64,000 nt of DNA from Nymphaea colorata (taxonomy: Eukaryota). Made by a program: the position numbers and the translations under genes. The stretch is taken from positions 35,588,001 to 35,652,000 of the forward strand of contig NC_045138.2 in assembly GCF_008831285.2 (NCBI RefSeq), in the 5' to 3' direction. This document shows positions 27,298 to 41,252 of this stretch, piece after piece. Position 1 is the first letter of the stretch. Each line of letters begins with the position of its first letter. The notes under the pieces are model-generated. The model was not told the DNA's origin. It worked only from the letters and a program-made list of their open reading frames with translations, and made no database searches.

Positions 27298-28974
27298 GCA
27301 TTGTAAATTAAACAGGTACTGAAAAAAAGACCACGGGTAAGAAGAAAAGGAGATGGCACGTCCATGTAATCTGCTGGGAATGTATCATATAACCAATAAA
27401 GCAATGTAAATCTTCACACGCAGTTCCACGGATTGCCGTCAAAATGGAGGAACCACAACAAATAAAGCGAAGAAAAGTTGCAGAGAAACAGTCATCCTTG
27501 TTTTGCAGCGAAATTATTTTGTCATGTTACGTTAATATCCTCTTAAAAGTTTGTTTGGCAGCAAAATTTCGTCCACATATCGCCACTGAATTGAGATAGA
27601 GATGAAAATGAGAAAACGAAACAAAGACGAAAATGAAGCCGGAAGATGAAAAGAAGATTAGATTTCTACGACCATCCTCATAAACGAGCAGTAGACAATT
27701 ACCTCTCTCCATTCTCCCATATCAAGTTATCAACCATTTCTAATTAGAAAGGAAGGAAAAGGATTCCAGGCTCCCAAACCAAAAATTGTTCCCAGGGAAA
27801 GAGACCAAATAAATTATTATCTACGTCTGAACCTGGCCCATGCGAAGCCCGGAAACCAAACTAACCAGACAATTTTAAATGTGCCAGGAAAACCTTAATT
27901 ACAACTATGGTGGCTCAGATGCAAACAGCTTGGTCCACCTATGAAAAGGTTAGATCTAAAACCTTCAAGCTGAAGGAAATCAAGAAAACACCTCTGGTTG
28001 ATTTATATAGAGTTTATCTAGTTATGGCTTCTGAACCCCGACCCGACTGCCAGAAAAAAAAAAAAAAAAAAATTGAAATGGCTTCTTCGATTGCAGCGTT
28101 CAGAAGTCCCGAGGACTGCAAATTAACCATCAAACTCATGCCAAAGGTGGAAATTCGCACAAAGGACAGCAGCTAAAGCCTTCTAAAGTACTACATTGGA
28201 GACGGCAAGCTTGCGTCTGAAATCTTCGCCAGACTAATTTGTGAGACGGAGATACCGGCCAACAAATGCTTCGTCCACCTAGGGTTCGGCTTATGACCTT
28301 AAAAGTTCAATGGTGCCAAAACCCTAATTGAGACACACTTTTTGGCATCATCTGCTCTAAGCCTATCAGATTGTGTCATCCTTCTTTTAAGTAATGGGAA
28401 GCCGACAAGTTGGTTAGATGTGTAAACCTTGCCAACCCAAGATGTGAATGTTTACCCATTTCCGTTCTAGTCCTTAGATATAAAATCCTCTATGTACCTC
28501 TCCCTTTTTCATCAAGACAAGGACTCTCATTGCTTCAGCCTTTGTGACAGATAGCAAATCCTTGCCATGAGACTTGTTAAGTCTCCATCAACTGGAATGC
28601 TTCAAGTCAACCCATCCAACCAAGGGAACCGAAAACCTGACAGCGCCCTAGCCAAAAACAAAGAACAAGGCCAATTAGCAGTTACGTACACCCAATACGA
28701 TTAGTTCAGGAAAAAATAAAAATCAAATCTGTGATTAATAAATTTCACTGCCCATTCCAACAATTATTCATATGTACAATGAAGCCCAGGTGAATCACCG
28801 ACTCCAAAGCAAAAAAAATTTCAGAGCCACCCACCCAATTCAATCTTCACCATTATCAGAGGGCAATAAAAAAACCAAAAAATTTGGTTAAAAAATTAAT
28901 ACAAAAAATCAAGACTAAGCCTCCATGACACACTCGGCTCGGAGCGCTGCTCAGTCATCCCTTCCGCCAAACCA

Positions 28975-31900
28975 TCACTGATTCACAGCTTCAACTGAAG
29001 CTGGAGACGCTCTGCTATTTGCATGATCATCAGCAGCACAATTAGTGTAAAGAAAGCGATCTTGTGTAATTTTTGACATGGCGGCGAACTCATTCAGAGA
29101 GAAACTTTTACTCCTAACCAACTTTGCCAGCTCCGGATGCATCTTTAGGGGCCTCTTTCCCTTTTGCAAGTTGTGAAATGCCCTGCAAATTGTTCAGAAT
29201 GTAGTTATTCAAGTACCCTTCGAAAGATAACCAAGCAGTTTCATTATGAAGCCAGGCTAACACCTGAACAGAAAGAAAAGACAGGACCGAAAGAAAAGAC
29301 GCAGCATGAAGAGAAAGGGGTGAACAGCTTCCACTTGTACAACCTGCCACAATGGGCACAAACGCTTGTGAACTGATGCTAACCAGAAGACCAAAAACAC
29401 AAGTCTAAGGCACAAACCCAATCCATTGGTTGAGGAACCACAAGAAACCAAACAGGAACATTACTGGACAACGGTTTTATTCTTTGAATTTCAACAAGCA
29501 ACTAAGATAACAATGTCATTCGACCAACACATTTGACTCAGAGATGAAGCGGGTCCTAGCAGAGTTCACATGAATAGGTTATGAAGAATTGAAGACTCGG
29601 TTCTTACCAACCTCATTATGGGCCAGCACCAAGCAAACACCCTATGTGATCAGAAAATAAAGGCATGCATCAACTAGATTAAAAGGACTGAGTTAGTAAA
29701 TTACCAATACTGTTCAAGGCCATACAAATTCCCTTTGCTATATAACTCAAGGGTCAGTTGCTCAAAATCATCGTACAAGTCTCCTCTGAACTTCTTCTCC
29801 AATCCATCACTGAAAATGGGCATTCCACCAGTAAAACAGGTCACATTAAGACAACCAAAAAAATTCTCAAGAAAGAGAAGTCGACATCAAAGTACTGTAA
29901 TTCTCAAATATTGGACAAAGTGGATTGCTGATTTCCAGTAGAGAAGCTTTATTGAAGGACCTGAAACAGATTTCATTGAGATCATACTACGAAAGCACTA
30001 ACCACTGATGAATATGGACTTGGAAAAGATGCAAGAATATGGAAAAGGGAGAGAAGGCCTCACATAATCTTCCTATGAGAGGTAGTGGAGCAATGAATTT
30101 AAGCTTTTTTTTTTGGGGAAAAACAAATGAAAACAGAAGGAGAAACTTAATACCTATAAAACTTCAAAAGGCACTCTAATCCATAACTATAATTAGCTGC
30201 TGAATCTTCAAGTGCCAACTTCCGGAAGTCATTGTACATAGAGCGATTAAAATGATATTGCAGAAAAAACGACCAAAATCTGTAGAGGCTGTTCATTTCC
30301 TGCGTTACAACTAACATGTCAACTTTATGAAATTTCATTGATCCACCAAAATATTCTAAAATATAGTAAGAATGCTAATGCAATCTCTCATAAGTCATAT
30401 GTTCAACACCAACAGGGACTAGTAAACATCAAGTAAATAGCAACTCATTCTGGAGTATGAAAAGCTCAAGTGAGAAACAGACAATTTCATTTAACCCAGA
30501 GATCAAGCAACACTGCAGTTATTGGACAACCAGAATCATATTGCAACGTTATTGTATTTTTTTTTTAACATAGCATTGTACCCAAAACTTGCTGTGCCCA
30601 AAATTTCACATCCTCTATGTATCTGTGTTATATATATGTATATATATATATATATATTCATTTCATTGTGTATTTAAGTATTTATTTGTTTATTTATTTC
30701 TTTGCATTTACACTCATATTTAAAATTGACTTCCTTAAAACTCATTAGCACCAGTGGGATTACCTGACAAATTATTACAAGACTTGCACCTTTCCGTATT
30801 TATGAAAGAACAAGATCCACAACTATTGTTTTGACAAGACAAATCAAAGAATTTAGCATCAAGCCTAATCAAATTGCACGAAAAGGTTAGTAACTGGAAA
30901 ATATCACTTGCCTTAATGTCAATTGAGACCTGTACATCTCTCAAACCATTTAAGCACTAAGTTTCATTTCACTACCTCAACTGACCCACTATGAAGTTCT
31001 GCATCCTTAGTCATGCCACACAGGTACATTGGTGTCATAGATCAGTTTGAGGTCCTATTATGGTCTGTCTCCTTTGATTATTCAATAGTGCATTAAATTT
31101 TTCAAATTTTGCGCCCAAAAAATAGAACATCGAACTCAGTTGTGTAAACATCCAGCTCACCTACATAGCCTGACAACAGTTCAAGAACCCACTAAAAGTT
31201 AACCATTTACCCAGGTCAAGCATGACAAGTTGATAAGATGATGTTACGGTTTTATATTCAGTATTACATAAAATTCACGGTGCAGACTAAGCAGCAAGGA
31301 TCACAGCCTACTGCAACTACAGTGTGTGCAAGGAAAACCAAGTCAGGTATCAATCTTCTATAAAAAGGGTTTGGTTGTAGAAACACCATTAACAATAAAC
31401 ATGACCAAGATATGGCGATGCATCTGACAATGCAAGTGTCAGCTTGTCACCATATAAATGCGAATAGCACATGCATCCTGTTACCATGTTTTGACAATGC
31501 ATGGGATTTAAACACAACAGTAACCTTTATACAATAAGCATAATCAACGAATCTGACCTCACTGCAACCAATCCCCATTCTCTTACGATCATTTAAGGAA
31601 CACTTGTAGTACTCCAAATACCTAATCCAAACAACAGACAAGTGCATAAGATAATAACACTGACAAATCTGGAAACCTTCTTCTACTACTGTCTTCTTGT
31701 GGAACCAAAGCATATCAGTTTGGAACTCAACTTACTTATGTTGCCTGAAACCACTTGCTTCAAGAAGTTGAGAATTTGGATGCTGAAAGAGAGCAAAGGG
31801 CTTTCTCATAGATTCAACGGAAGGGCTGCATCCAGAAATGACGCCAGTTTCAGGATCAGCACCAGGAGAAGCATTTTGTATTGAAAATGTCAAACCAGGT

Positions 31901-34900
31901 GAAAATTTCTAGCAAGTAAAATATTAAAACTAGTCATACTATTGTCACATATATTGTTCTTGGGATTTTGTCATTGAGGTTTTTCTCAGATATTAATCAA
32001 GAAGATTGTTTTTCATGGAAAATTTTCATAAATTCAAAACTTTAACATACATATAAATGAAAATTACGAAAAGTCGAGTCTTCCATAATTTTCTAAAAAA
32101 CTTCAACAAAGTTCAAAATAATTATTAAAATATTGAAAAGGCATCAAGAATTTTAAAATATATTAAAAAACATGTTTTTCTGAAAAAGGGGGGAAAGCAG
32201 AAAAATATTATATAATGTGATATTTTCATTTTGGTATTTTTTTCAAATATCGTACTTTTCCTGTTTTATTTGTTTTGTGCTATTTTCCCACTTTTGGCAT
32301 TTATTTGAGAAAAACGGTAATATTGTGACAGTGGTTCAAAACTATAAACTAGAAAGACCATAAAACAGTGTTAACTGGAACAAAAAACACTCACCCACAG
32401 CTTTCAGGTGGAGTCATCCCAAAGAAAAATCCCACTAAGTTGCTTGGTGAACTTTCACACAAAAGACCATGTGGACCACAGTCAGAACCGTAACTATTAG
32501 AATTAGAAGGAAATAGGAGCTGATCATACTGCAAATGGGTATCACACCTATCCTTGTTCCTCCTTTGAGCATTCAAATGGCTATTTTCAATGACATTGAT
32601 TCCACTGAGAACTGCATTAGGCCTTGAAGACACTAATCCAGGAACAACGTTACAAGCTTCCAGATCTCTATCTTTGACATCTTCACTAGATATGCAATTT
32701 TGAGCACTATGAGCACGCTCCTGCATACAACAAGTTCAGCAGATGGATTCTAGATTTATGACACACATAAGCACGCATTCCATATAGACGATAAAACGTC
32801 AGAATAAACCACTCCAATCTGTTCAGCCTCCTATGAGTTGACAGTAGATAGGAAAAAAAACAAGCAGATGCATCTTGAAGGATATTTAAATGTTAATCGC
32901 AGGAATAGATGCTATTACTCATTTTTTGGCATTTATTTGAGAAAAATGGCAATATTTTGGGAGTGGTTCATGCCTATAAACTAGATAGATCACAATACAG
33001 TATTAACTGCAACATCAGAAACCAACATTCTGGATGGTAGGCATTAGTAAAACCCTTAATCAGCAGAAAGTCAGAGACACTATAAAAGATACAGATCTTG
33101 TCCAAGAAAATGTTCAAAAAACACAACCATGGTTGCCCTTGTTAATCGATCTAGGACTGAAAACTAGCTGGATAACTGCAAGCAATTTCTTTGTCGGATT
33201 TAGTAGAGAATCTAGGGAAAAATTAGTGAGAAAACTCAAGTGATTACCGTGTCTCCATGGTTTCTATAAGTGTGTGACAATGTCAATAAAGCAGAATCAG
33301 CAAAGATCTCTATTTCCAATAACCAGAATGAATAAGCAATAGAACAATAAAGTAGTTCAGAAACACAATTCAGATAATAATCACTCAAAAACTGGCTTAC
33401 CAGCAGCAGCAATTAACTTGCTATTTATCCGTCTATTGCTTTTCTAAAACTCTGCGAAGTCAGATAAATACTAACACCACATGACAGTAGCCAAAATGGA
33501 AAATTATGAGATTGTAGCAAATTAGATGTTAATAAAGGTTTAAGGAATTCTGACATTGAAAATCACTATTTGCATGTTTTCCAGCAGGACTAAACGAAGG
33601 TTCAAACTTCAATGGTCATACCTGAGACACAACTACAAGTTTTTGTATCTCGTGGTCATTGACATCCATATGATCATCGAATTCCTTATTCCTAAAGGAA
33701 GAAACAACAAAAAATTGTAAATAACTAATATAAACAAGATAATACAATGAATCTTAAAAATATCATCACAGTGGTGCTAACTGTTAAATCACAAATGTGT
33801 GTAGCAATTTGTAATAACCACAGTATCAGTAAATGTACAACTAGTTTTTCAAGCCAACCTGACTGCAACATAAAGTACCAAATACTGCACTATTCAACAT
33901 TATTCCTCTCATTCCAGTGATTTTCAGCCACAAGCAACATACAGTTGCAACTCACAACCTATATGCAGTATGCACTGTATACTAGTCCAGCCAACATCTA
34001 TTACAACGATGTCCTTGCTGGTCGATAAAAGTAAGTATCTTTAATAGAAGTATCTCTCACTTTGAAAAAATAATGTTTGGCCATCTACTCATTATCTCTC
34101 TTTTAAAAAAATAATGTTTAGCCATATACCCATCATGAATCACCTACTTTGGATTTATTGAAGTGCCAGCATGGTGTCAACCAACACATAGTAACACAAT
34201 TGTATGTCAAAGCTTGATTGACAAATCTTAATGACTGTGTGCTGTCACCTGCCTTCCCCTTATCCTGTTGCCTAAAAAGACAGAGAAAGAGAACTCACCT
34301 ACAGAAAAATAAGAAAAAGTGCATATTAAACATGTATGTCTAGAGCTTGCGATGGCTTGCTTTGAGTGAACCACACTTTATACTGGTAGTTTTCCAGTTA
34401 ATTATATTGGAAACACTTTTAAGATCCAACTGCCTCATGCAAAGTTGGTCATGAAGATTTTGTGCAACATGTGGTTGCGTTTTAAGGTGCTTAAAATCTC
34501 TATACACATCAAAACCTTCCCACCGAAGACAAATCTTCAACTATGGAATCACATCTGCAAACCTTGAAGGATATCAATCATACATACACATAAATACAAG
34601 AATGTATATATATATATACATATATATATATATAGACAAGATTGCTAGTAAATCCAGAAATATAATAATAAATTGTAGGTAGATGTTGGTATATGTGTGA
34701 GTTACGTAATGCAGTGAAACTTGCACATGTATATTATGGAGATGATACATAAGTAATTAAGCACAGGAGCACTTATAACAAACAGTATACAATGTGGATC
34801 TGTAGTAAGCAAATATTCTGCTTATCTGCAAGTACATGCAGAGAGACTAGCTCATATGCCCCCCATTGGGCATGAAGGGGTTGCAAATACATTGTACTCG

Positions 34901-37900
34901 TATAATATGGAGCATTGACCACAACGACATCACAAACTACCAAAACCCGTTGCCATATAAAGTATGGATTTGCAAAATCTTGAAGGCATTTAGACATGTG
35001 CATCTGTGTGTGTCTCTCTCTCTCTCTGTGAGAGAGAGAGAGAGAGGGAGAGACCCAATTGCACTTCCATTGGCAGGACTTCATAAACAAGAAGCAATTT
35101 ATTCAACAGATTTTAGCAGACACTTGATGATGCCTTTTTTCCTTTTCCTAAATACAAACTTACCTTCCAGTAGATGAAATATGATCCACTCTATCAGTAT
35201 ACTCTAATGGAAGCTCTTCATCAAGCAGGGGAGGGCCACAGTCCCCATTAGAAATTGAAGGCGCAGCTACAAAAGCATCACCCGCTGATTCTGGTTGACC
35301 CAAGGAATTGACAAAGCTTTTCTTTGTAGAATAACCAGAAAGAACGCTGTCCTTTGGACGGTCACTCGATTCATCAAAAATCACAACGTCAATGACATTG
35401 TTTGCTCCTAAATCCAATGGTTCACTTGTCAAGTTTTCAATATGTGTCCTTTTTCCAGCTGGCATTACTTTTTCAACCTCATTTTCAGAAGAGCCTGCAG
35501 ATGCAGTACCAATTTCAGAGGCATGCTCCAATTGGATGCCTTCTTCTTGAGAACTTATCAAAGTGCCATGATGATTGCAGGAAGGAACAATAATCCCATG
35601 ATGACATTTTAGAACACCTTCAGCCATCTCAAACATGCCATTTGAATCATCAGATGCTGTATAATGTTTTGCAATCTCTTCAATGGCCTCCAGACATTTT
35701 TCCGTGCCACTGGATGCTCTTCTAATAGTATCATCACCTTGTGAAGCATGTGAAGAGACCAGAAACACATCATCTGGCAAGGGACCAAGAAATTTGTCCC
35801 AGTCTTTGCTTTTCCTCATCATATTCCCCTATCAAGAAGACCAAATTATTCAAGCAGAAGAGAACAGAGAACACGAAAAGTAAAAGGCACCTCAGAAATA
35901 CAATTTTAACTGCCAAATAGGCAAATAATCAAAATAAAAGCATCAAAAGTTTTAGATGTCTCACTCGTAATTCAACTTGACTTGAATCCTTGAGTGCATC
36001 AATGACTACTTCAATATCTTCTGTCATGGCTAGAACCTGAAGCAGATGATAAATTCCAAATAACTAAGTGCTTGATACGTGTAAAAGGTCTATGTTAATG
36101 CCCTATCTGATGCTAACTAAACAAAGATGCTTAAGTAAGCAAAAAAAATGCATATACTATGGGGTTGTGAGTCTGGATTTATTGTGGGCAGAAGGAACAT
36201 GCAATAGTAAAATAATGAGAGACAAACCCGTCTAAAGCCAGCAATTAATTTTATAGAGATCCACCCTTCTTCATCAATTACACTGCGCATAAACCTGTCT
36301 TTACACAAATTTTCCGCACTGAAGAGATAATTCATATTAGTTCACAACTCAGACAGCAGAGACTATCACTCGTAAAGAGAGGTACCCAAAGCACCGGTTC
36401 TGGTCTAGCACTTAAACGTAGTATCATAAAGACTGAGATTTCAGGGAAGAAATTAACCTGAAATAGTATTCTATCTGTTTGACTATCCGAGTTTTCAACT
36501 CCTGCAAATCAGTCGACTGGGAGATAACTTCAGATGCCAAAAGAGATGATTGCGGAGGTGATGAGAAAGGAACTGGCATTTGGGGAGAAGGCAGATTCGG
36601 TTGGGCAAAATGGTGTGCACTGCTAGCATGTTCATAAGGTGGTGGTGCAACATGGAAGATTGAAGCTGCATTGAATGGTCACTGTACCAGATCAGGTAAA
36701 GAAGAAAGGAGACAAAAGCAAAAAATAATTTTATGAAAAGTACTTTGTTAGCATAAAAAAAAATAGTAAACATCACTCCAGGTATACAATAAAAATATAA
36801 AACATTAAGGACAGAAAATGCCTTTACCAGGAGCTGTATTCATAAATGCCTGAGGTGGACCAAAAAAGCGGGGATGCTGACCAGGAAAAGTTGGACCAGC
36901 ATGCTGTGGCATGTTACTGGGAATATATGGCCATTGGTGATGCCATGGATGATTATACCGGCCAATAGGCTTCTGAGATAAAAGCTTTCTGTTATAAAAA
37001 TTGCTCCTGCAAGAGTTTGAATTACCTCGAATTGGTCTCTGAATGTTACCGTGGATATCAGCACCAATTCCTGCTGCATGTGGATTGAAGGGTCTCATGG
37101 GCATACGATATCCAGGTCTACAAAAGGTAGCATCTGAAGGAAACATCTGACTGGGGTTAGCTGGGAATGTGTAATCTTGAGCTGCTGAATGTGGAGGATA
37201 CATGGGCATTTGAGGAAATGGTAGAATATATGAAGGAGAACGATGCATAGGATAAACTGGAGCAATGCCATTTGCAGGATAATACCGCCTTGGACCTGAC
37301 TTATGGTGCATATGAGTTTGTCTATGAGAACGTGTAGCATCTCCATGACCATTCAATTTTTGTTCATGAATTGATCCCTGGAAATAATGAGGAAGAGACA
37401 GCAACAGCTTTAAAGTTTAAATAAACTGACAACTCAAGCCAAAAGAAAACAACAATTACAAAAGAACAGCCATGGAACACCTTAGTAACATTTTTCATCT
37501 CAAGTGGCTCTCTCAGATTATACTAATTTGATCACGCATGCAGTGGGAACCAGGTCATAGTAGCTACTATACAAAAGCAGGATAGAGAAGCATGACGATC
37601 CGGCTAAAATTAGTAAACATGCTAGAGTATATTGTAGCAAAAGGCTGCATTGCAATTTTCAACCTAAAGGAGAGAAACAAAATGTAAAGGAATGTGCTTC
37701 AAGGCATTCCATATCCTATAGATCCAAGCCCTGTGGAACTCAAGTTTGACAGTCACACGATTGCATGTACAAACTCAAGCACGCACACCGATATATATAT
37801 ACACTTAAAGAGATCAACCACTCATAGTATATAACCTATTCAAAGCAGATCTCGTCGTTCGTACAAGATGCACAGCGCTACAAAAGCCAGTGCTTGACAA

Positions 37901-39030
37901 ACTTCTTTTTTTGTTTTCATGATTGATCTCTATTTGTTCGTGTTTCCCTTCAGAAAATCCTAGCCTACCGTATGAAATTTTGTTTAATTGCAGCATTTTA
38001 ATCCTATCGAATCCAACTTTCAGGTAAGAGAAAGAAGGGCAGAAAAGGACGCCTATAAATAATTATGGCATGGAAAATGCACCTAAAAACGCCAAAAAGT
38101 GCGCTGATGTGCTCTCGTCAGTGCAGGTATAAAGAACCCATCGACATATCCTTGTGACGTAGCTTCCAAAACTATATAAAGAAACACCAAGCTTATTTAA
38201 TTTGTCCGCTCCAGGTATACCAGTTGCCTATCGGGTTTTACTGTTTCAATGAAATAGATGAGTTACACAATGGAGCTTCCAATTAGTCTGGAGAACGCAA
38301 ACACTTGAAAAATACGAGAACATCGATCCCACCTACTTTCTTTAGATAAATTACGTGTGCTTTTTAATTGCAGGGAAGTACGTTTCTTGCATATGAAATT
38401 CTTAACACACTCCAACAGCTGCTCCAAAAATCATAGCGCGAGACGTTCTTTATGATCCAGGGCATGAGTTGCTCGCTACAGACCCTGCTTTTCTAACCAG
38501 AGAAGCAAAACCAAAAGAACACGAAAAGCAACAACGTAGATGAAGATACGTTTCTCTACACATTATGTTTCTGAAGATGAAAACTGTAAAGAAATTCTTA
38601 AATAAACAAACAAACAGGACGAAGAAAGCGTGCACAAGTCAAAAAAACGGATCAAGCCAACCTCCACAGACTGAAACTGCTCTTCTTGCTGCGGTGGCGG
38701 TGGCGGAGGCGGAGGTGCAGGACAAACCTCTCCCCCGCTACCACAATCTGGCCCTGCGTCTGCATGATTCGCGGCGAGCGGAGGCCACGACTCTGCCCCC
38801 ATTACAGCACAAACTACGTTCCCGTTTGTCGCCGGCCTTTTCCACGCGCTCGGCCTCTCGACCTCGCCCTCGCCCTCCGCACGGCCAACGCTATCCACCC
38901 GGCTATCTCCACTTGCGTCGATCCTGACGGAGGCCTCGAACTCCTCTGAGAGGCCGGCCGCATTCGCAGCCTCCGCCGGCGGGTTCAGAGGGCACGAAAC
39001 CGCAGCAACGGCAACGGAGCCGCACTCCAT
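28975..39030 (-). CDS. LARP1: La-related protein 1 (La motif + DM15), about 987 aa, divergent; exons 39030-38662, 37377-36828, 36665-36458, 36318-36228, 36036-35965, 35828-35164, 33691-33622, 32720-32395, 31825-31736 (acceptor uncertain), 31621-31558, 30299-30154, 29809-29705, 29182-28975
   Basis: The N-terminus has [16 protein letters not shown]. The La motif reads [43 protein letters not shown]15 reads [77 protein letters not shown]. All junctions in the model are GT-AG and in phase. Confidence 0.88.
32292..33018. repeat. Two diverged ~95-bp direct repeats (32292-32385 and 32925-33018) flanking a LARP1 exon
   Basis: ttttggcatttatttgagaaaaa-gg-aatatt..agtggttca..ctataaactaga-aga-ca-aa-acagt-ttaactg-aaca is present twice, about 633 bp apart. 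Confidence 0.8.
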
Positions 39031-39329
39031 TGCCGGAAAAAGCAGGAAACAGACCAGCAGCCGGCTTGAGCCGCGCTACTCTTCCACCCGATCCCTTCTC
39101 CTCTCCTCTTCTCCTCTCCCTCCTACGACTACGAGAAGGCTGGAATGGCAGCGGATAAAAAATCGCTGCTTTTATATTCACGTCCCTACTGAGATTAGGT
39201 TTACGATGGAATCAGCTGATGGATGACCGAAAAACTAAGGGCACAGGGAAGACAAATGTGAGTCTCTTGAAAGCAAGGGCCTCTCGATCTCATCATCCCG
39301 CGTGACTGAGGGTTTTTCCTTGATCCCGC

Positions 39330-39337
39330 GTGGGCCC
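39330..39337. promoter_or_regulatory. Site II / TCP-type element (GTGGGCCC) upstream of LARP1
   Basis: The motif lies about 300 bp upstream of the ATG, in the divergent LARP1/UBA2 intergenic region. Confidence 0.35.
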
Positions 39338-41177
39338 TAGCTTGCACTTTGCATATATTAAATATATGCTCTTCGATGAGTCGGCCGGTAGTTTATACAA
39401 ATCACGCTTTCTTTTTCTACAAATTTTACGAAGTGAGAAAACATATTTCGTTTTTATCTATCTTTTCTTCAAATAATTGTAAAATAAACTTCATCCGATA
39501 TGCCTTTTCTCGATAAATCTTTGGAATAACTAAATTGAAATAAACCATTTTGATGGCGATGCAATAAAGAATATACGAATTTTAAAAAATGATAACCAAG
39601 CATTAGAGAAAATGCACGTTTTTTACTTGTTTTTTCCATGCCATGAAAATGGTCATTTGTGGAATATAACAGATTGTCTGTTGAGCACCTAACATGATAC
39701 GATGTGGAACTGGTGAACACGATGAGTCTGACCCAAACGTATCATTTAAACAAATGGTTTGCTGTAAATATCTGAAATTGTCCCTTTGGTCGGGCAGTGG
39801 AACATGGGTTCTACTTCTCGTGTTGGCCAGGCCCCACACCAAATCAGGTTGGCCCCAAATTTTAAAATTATTTTTACATATTTTATTTTATTAAATATAT
39901 ATATATATATATAAATAATTCAACCAATGCCAACCCCTACTTCAAGTATTTCTTGTACCGTAAAGATTATTAAATACATAAATATTCAACCAGCCACAAT
40001 TATCTGCTGCATAACATTGTAATTTTAATCATTGACGTTTTTTTGTGGTTTATTGAACCATGCATATTTTATTTGCATACATATGTTTTTCCACTCGTAT
40101 TGTTAAACCTCGTGCACTTGATGCATTTTCCGTTTTTTGCTGTGTTTTTTTATAATTGGTTATATATTATAGGCCCTTAATGTCATATTGTATGTAGAGT
40201 CGAGCTCAATTCGAACTCACTTGGTAAAACTCAACTCAAACTAGTTTGACTCTTTAATGAATGAGTTTAGTTAAAGACAAAAAAATGAAACCACTTAATT
40301 TAAGGAGTTGAGCTCCCCTATAATAGTAAAGTCGGTGAAAAGCAAATCCACCTGATCGAAGACACGCATTAGTGGTACTATTTCATTGTCGACAAATATC
40401 GTTCACCCGTAAATTTTATTTAATAGCATGTGTGTGTGGTGTGCACCGTATACAAAAACCCATCACCCTTAACGGGCTAACGAATGATCGACCAACGCAA
40501 GTAACTCATCAAGTTTTTTCCACAAGACAACGGCAACTCAGCAAAACCGCTGGAAATGCTGCCATTGCATATGAATGCTGTAATTATCATTCTACACGTC
40601 TATCCCAAGAGGGATGGTTGTATATATAATGATTTTTAATAACAATTTATATATCGACGTGCTATCGAATTTTAAGATATTTTGCACATGATACAACAAT
40701 AGACGTGTAATTGGATGCATAAACAAATTACCCCGCTTCATCATATAAAAATGTATAAGTAGTATATGCAATTGGAACTTTTTTTATATTTAAATTCAAT
40801 GGCCCATATGATTGCCATGAAATATAGTTTATAAGTGCTTGTTGTCCCTTTGATACTTTCATAGAGACGGCAGCTTATCACGGTCGCTTCATCATCGAAC
40901 TGTAGTTCTGTATGCAAAGACAACCAAAATTTGGTCGGACATAAAGAAGCATTTTTTATTATAAAATTTTAACAGAAAAGCCCAACTTGAAATGATCCGA
41001 AAAAAAAAAAAAGCCGATAGATTTGCCAATCATCACAATGGAAGGAAGGACGAATATGTCATTCGACGATAAAAGCGGGACAAAAAAGTTATTGTTCCAG
41101 AAGATTCTGAAGGGCAAACTAGTCAAATAAAGGGCCATCGAGCCCCAGGGCCGTACCCTCGCCCGCGAGAGAAATCG

Positions 41178-41186
41178 TAACCCTAA
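41178..41186 (+). promoter_or_regulatory. Telo-box-like motif (TAACCCTAA) at the start of the first UBA2 gene
   Basis: It lies just before the CT-rich leader. The paralog has AAACCCTA at the equivalent position (49748-49755). Confidence 0.45.
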
Positions 41187-41252
41187 TTTCTCTTGCTCTC
41201 TCGTCCCTCGCTTTTCTCCCTCTCTTTCTCTGCCGCATCTCTCTCTCCCGCC

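Noticed and set aside
39790..40325. MITE-like remnants (ggcccc/AT-rich core; gagctc/aactc repeats ending cccta); similar traces near 8100-8460, 56420-56670, 57990-58040 and 59620-59680
   Set aside because: These are probably old TE fragments, but boundaries, TIR pairs and TSDs could not be defined.
41193..41252. N-terminal extension of the first UBA2 in the ORF track
   Set aside because: It is a TTG start within the CT-rich leader. The ATG at 41253 matches the paralog's MAKKRK.
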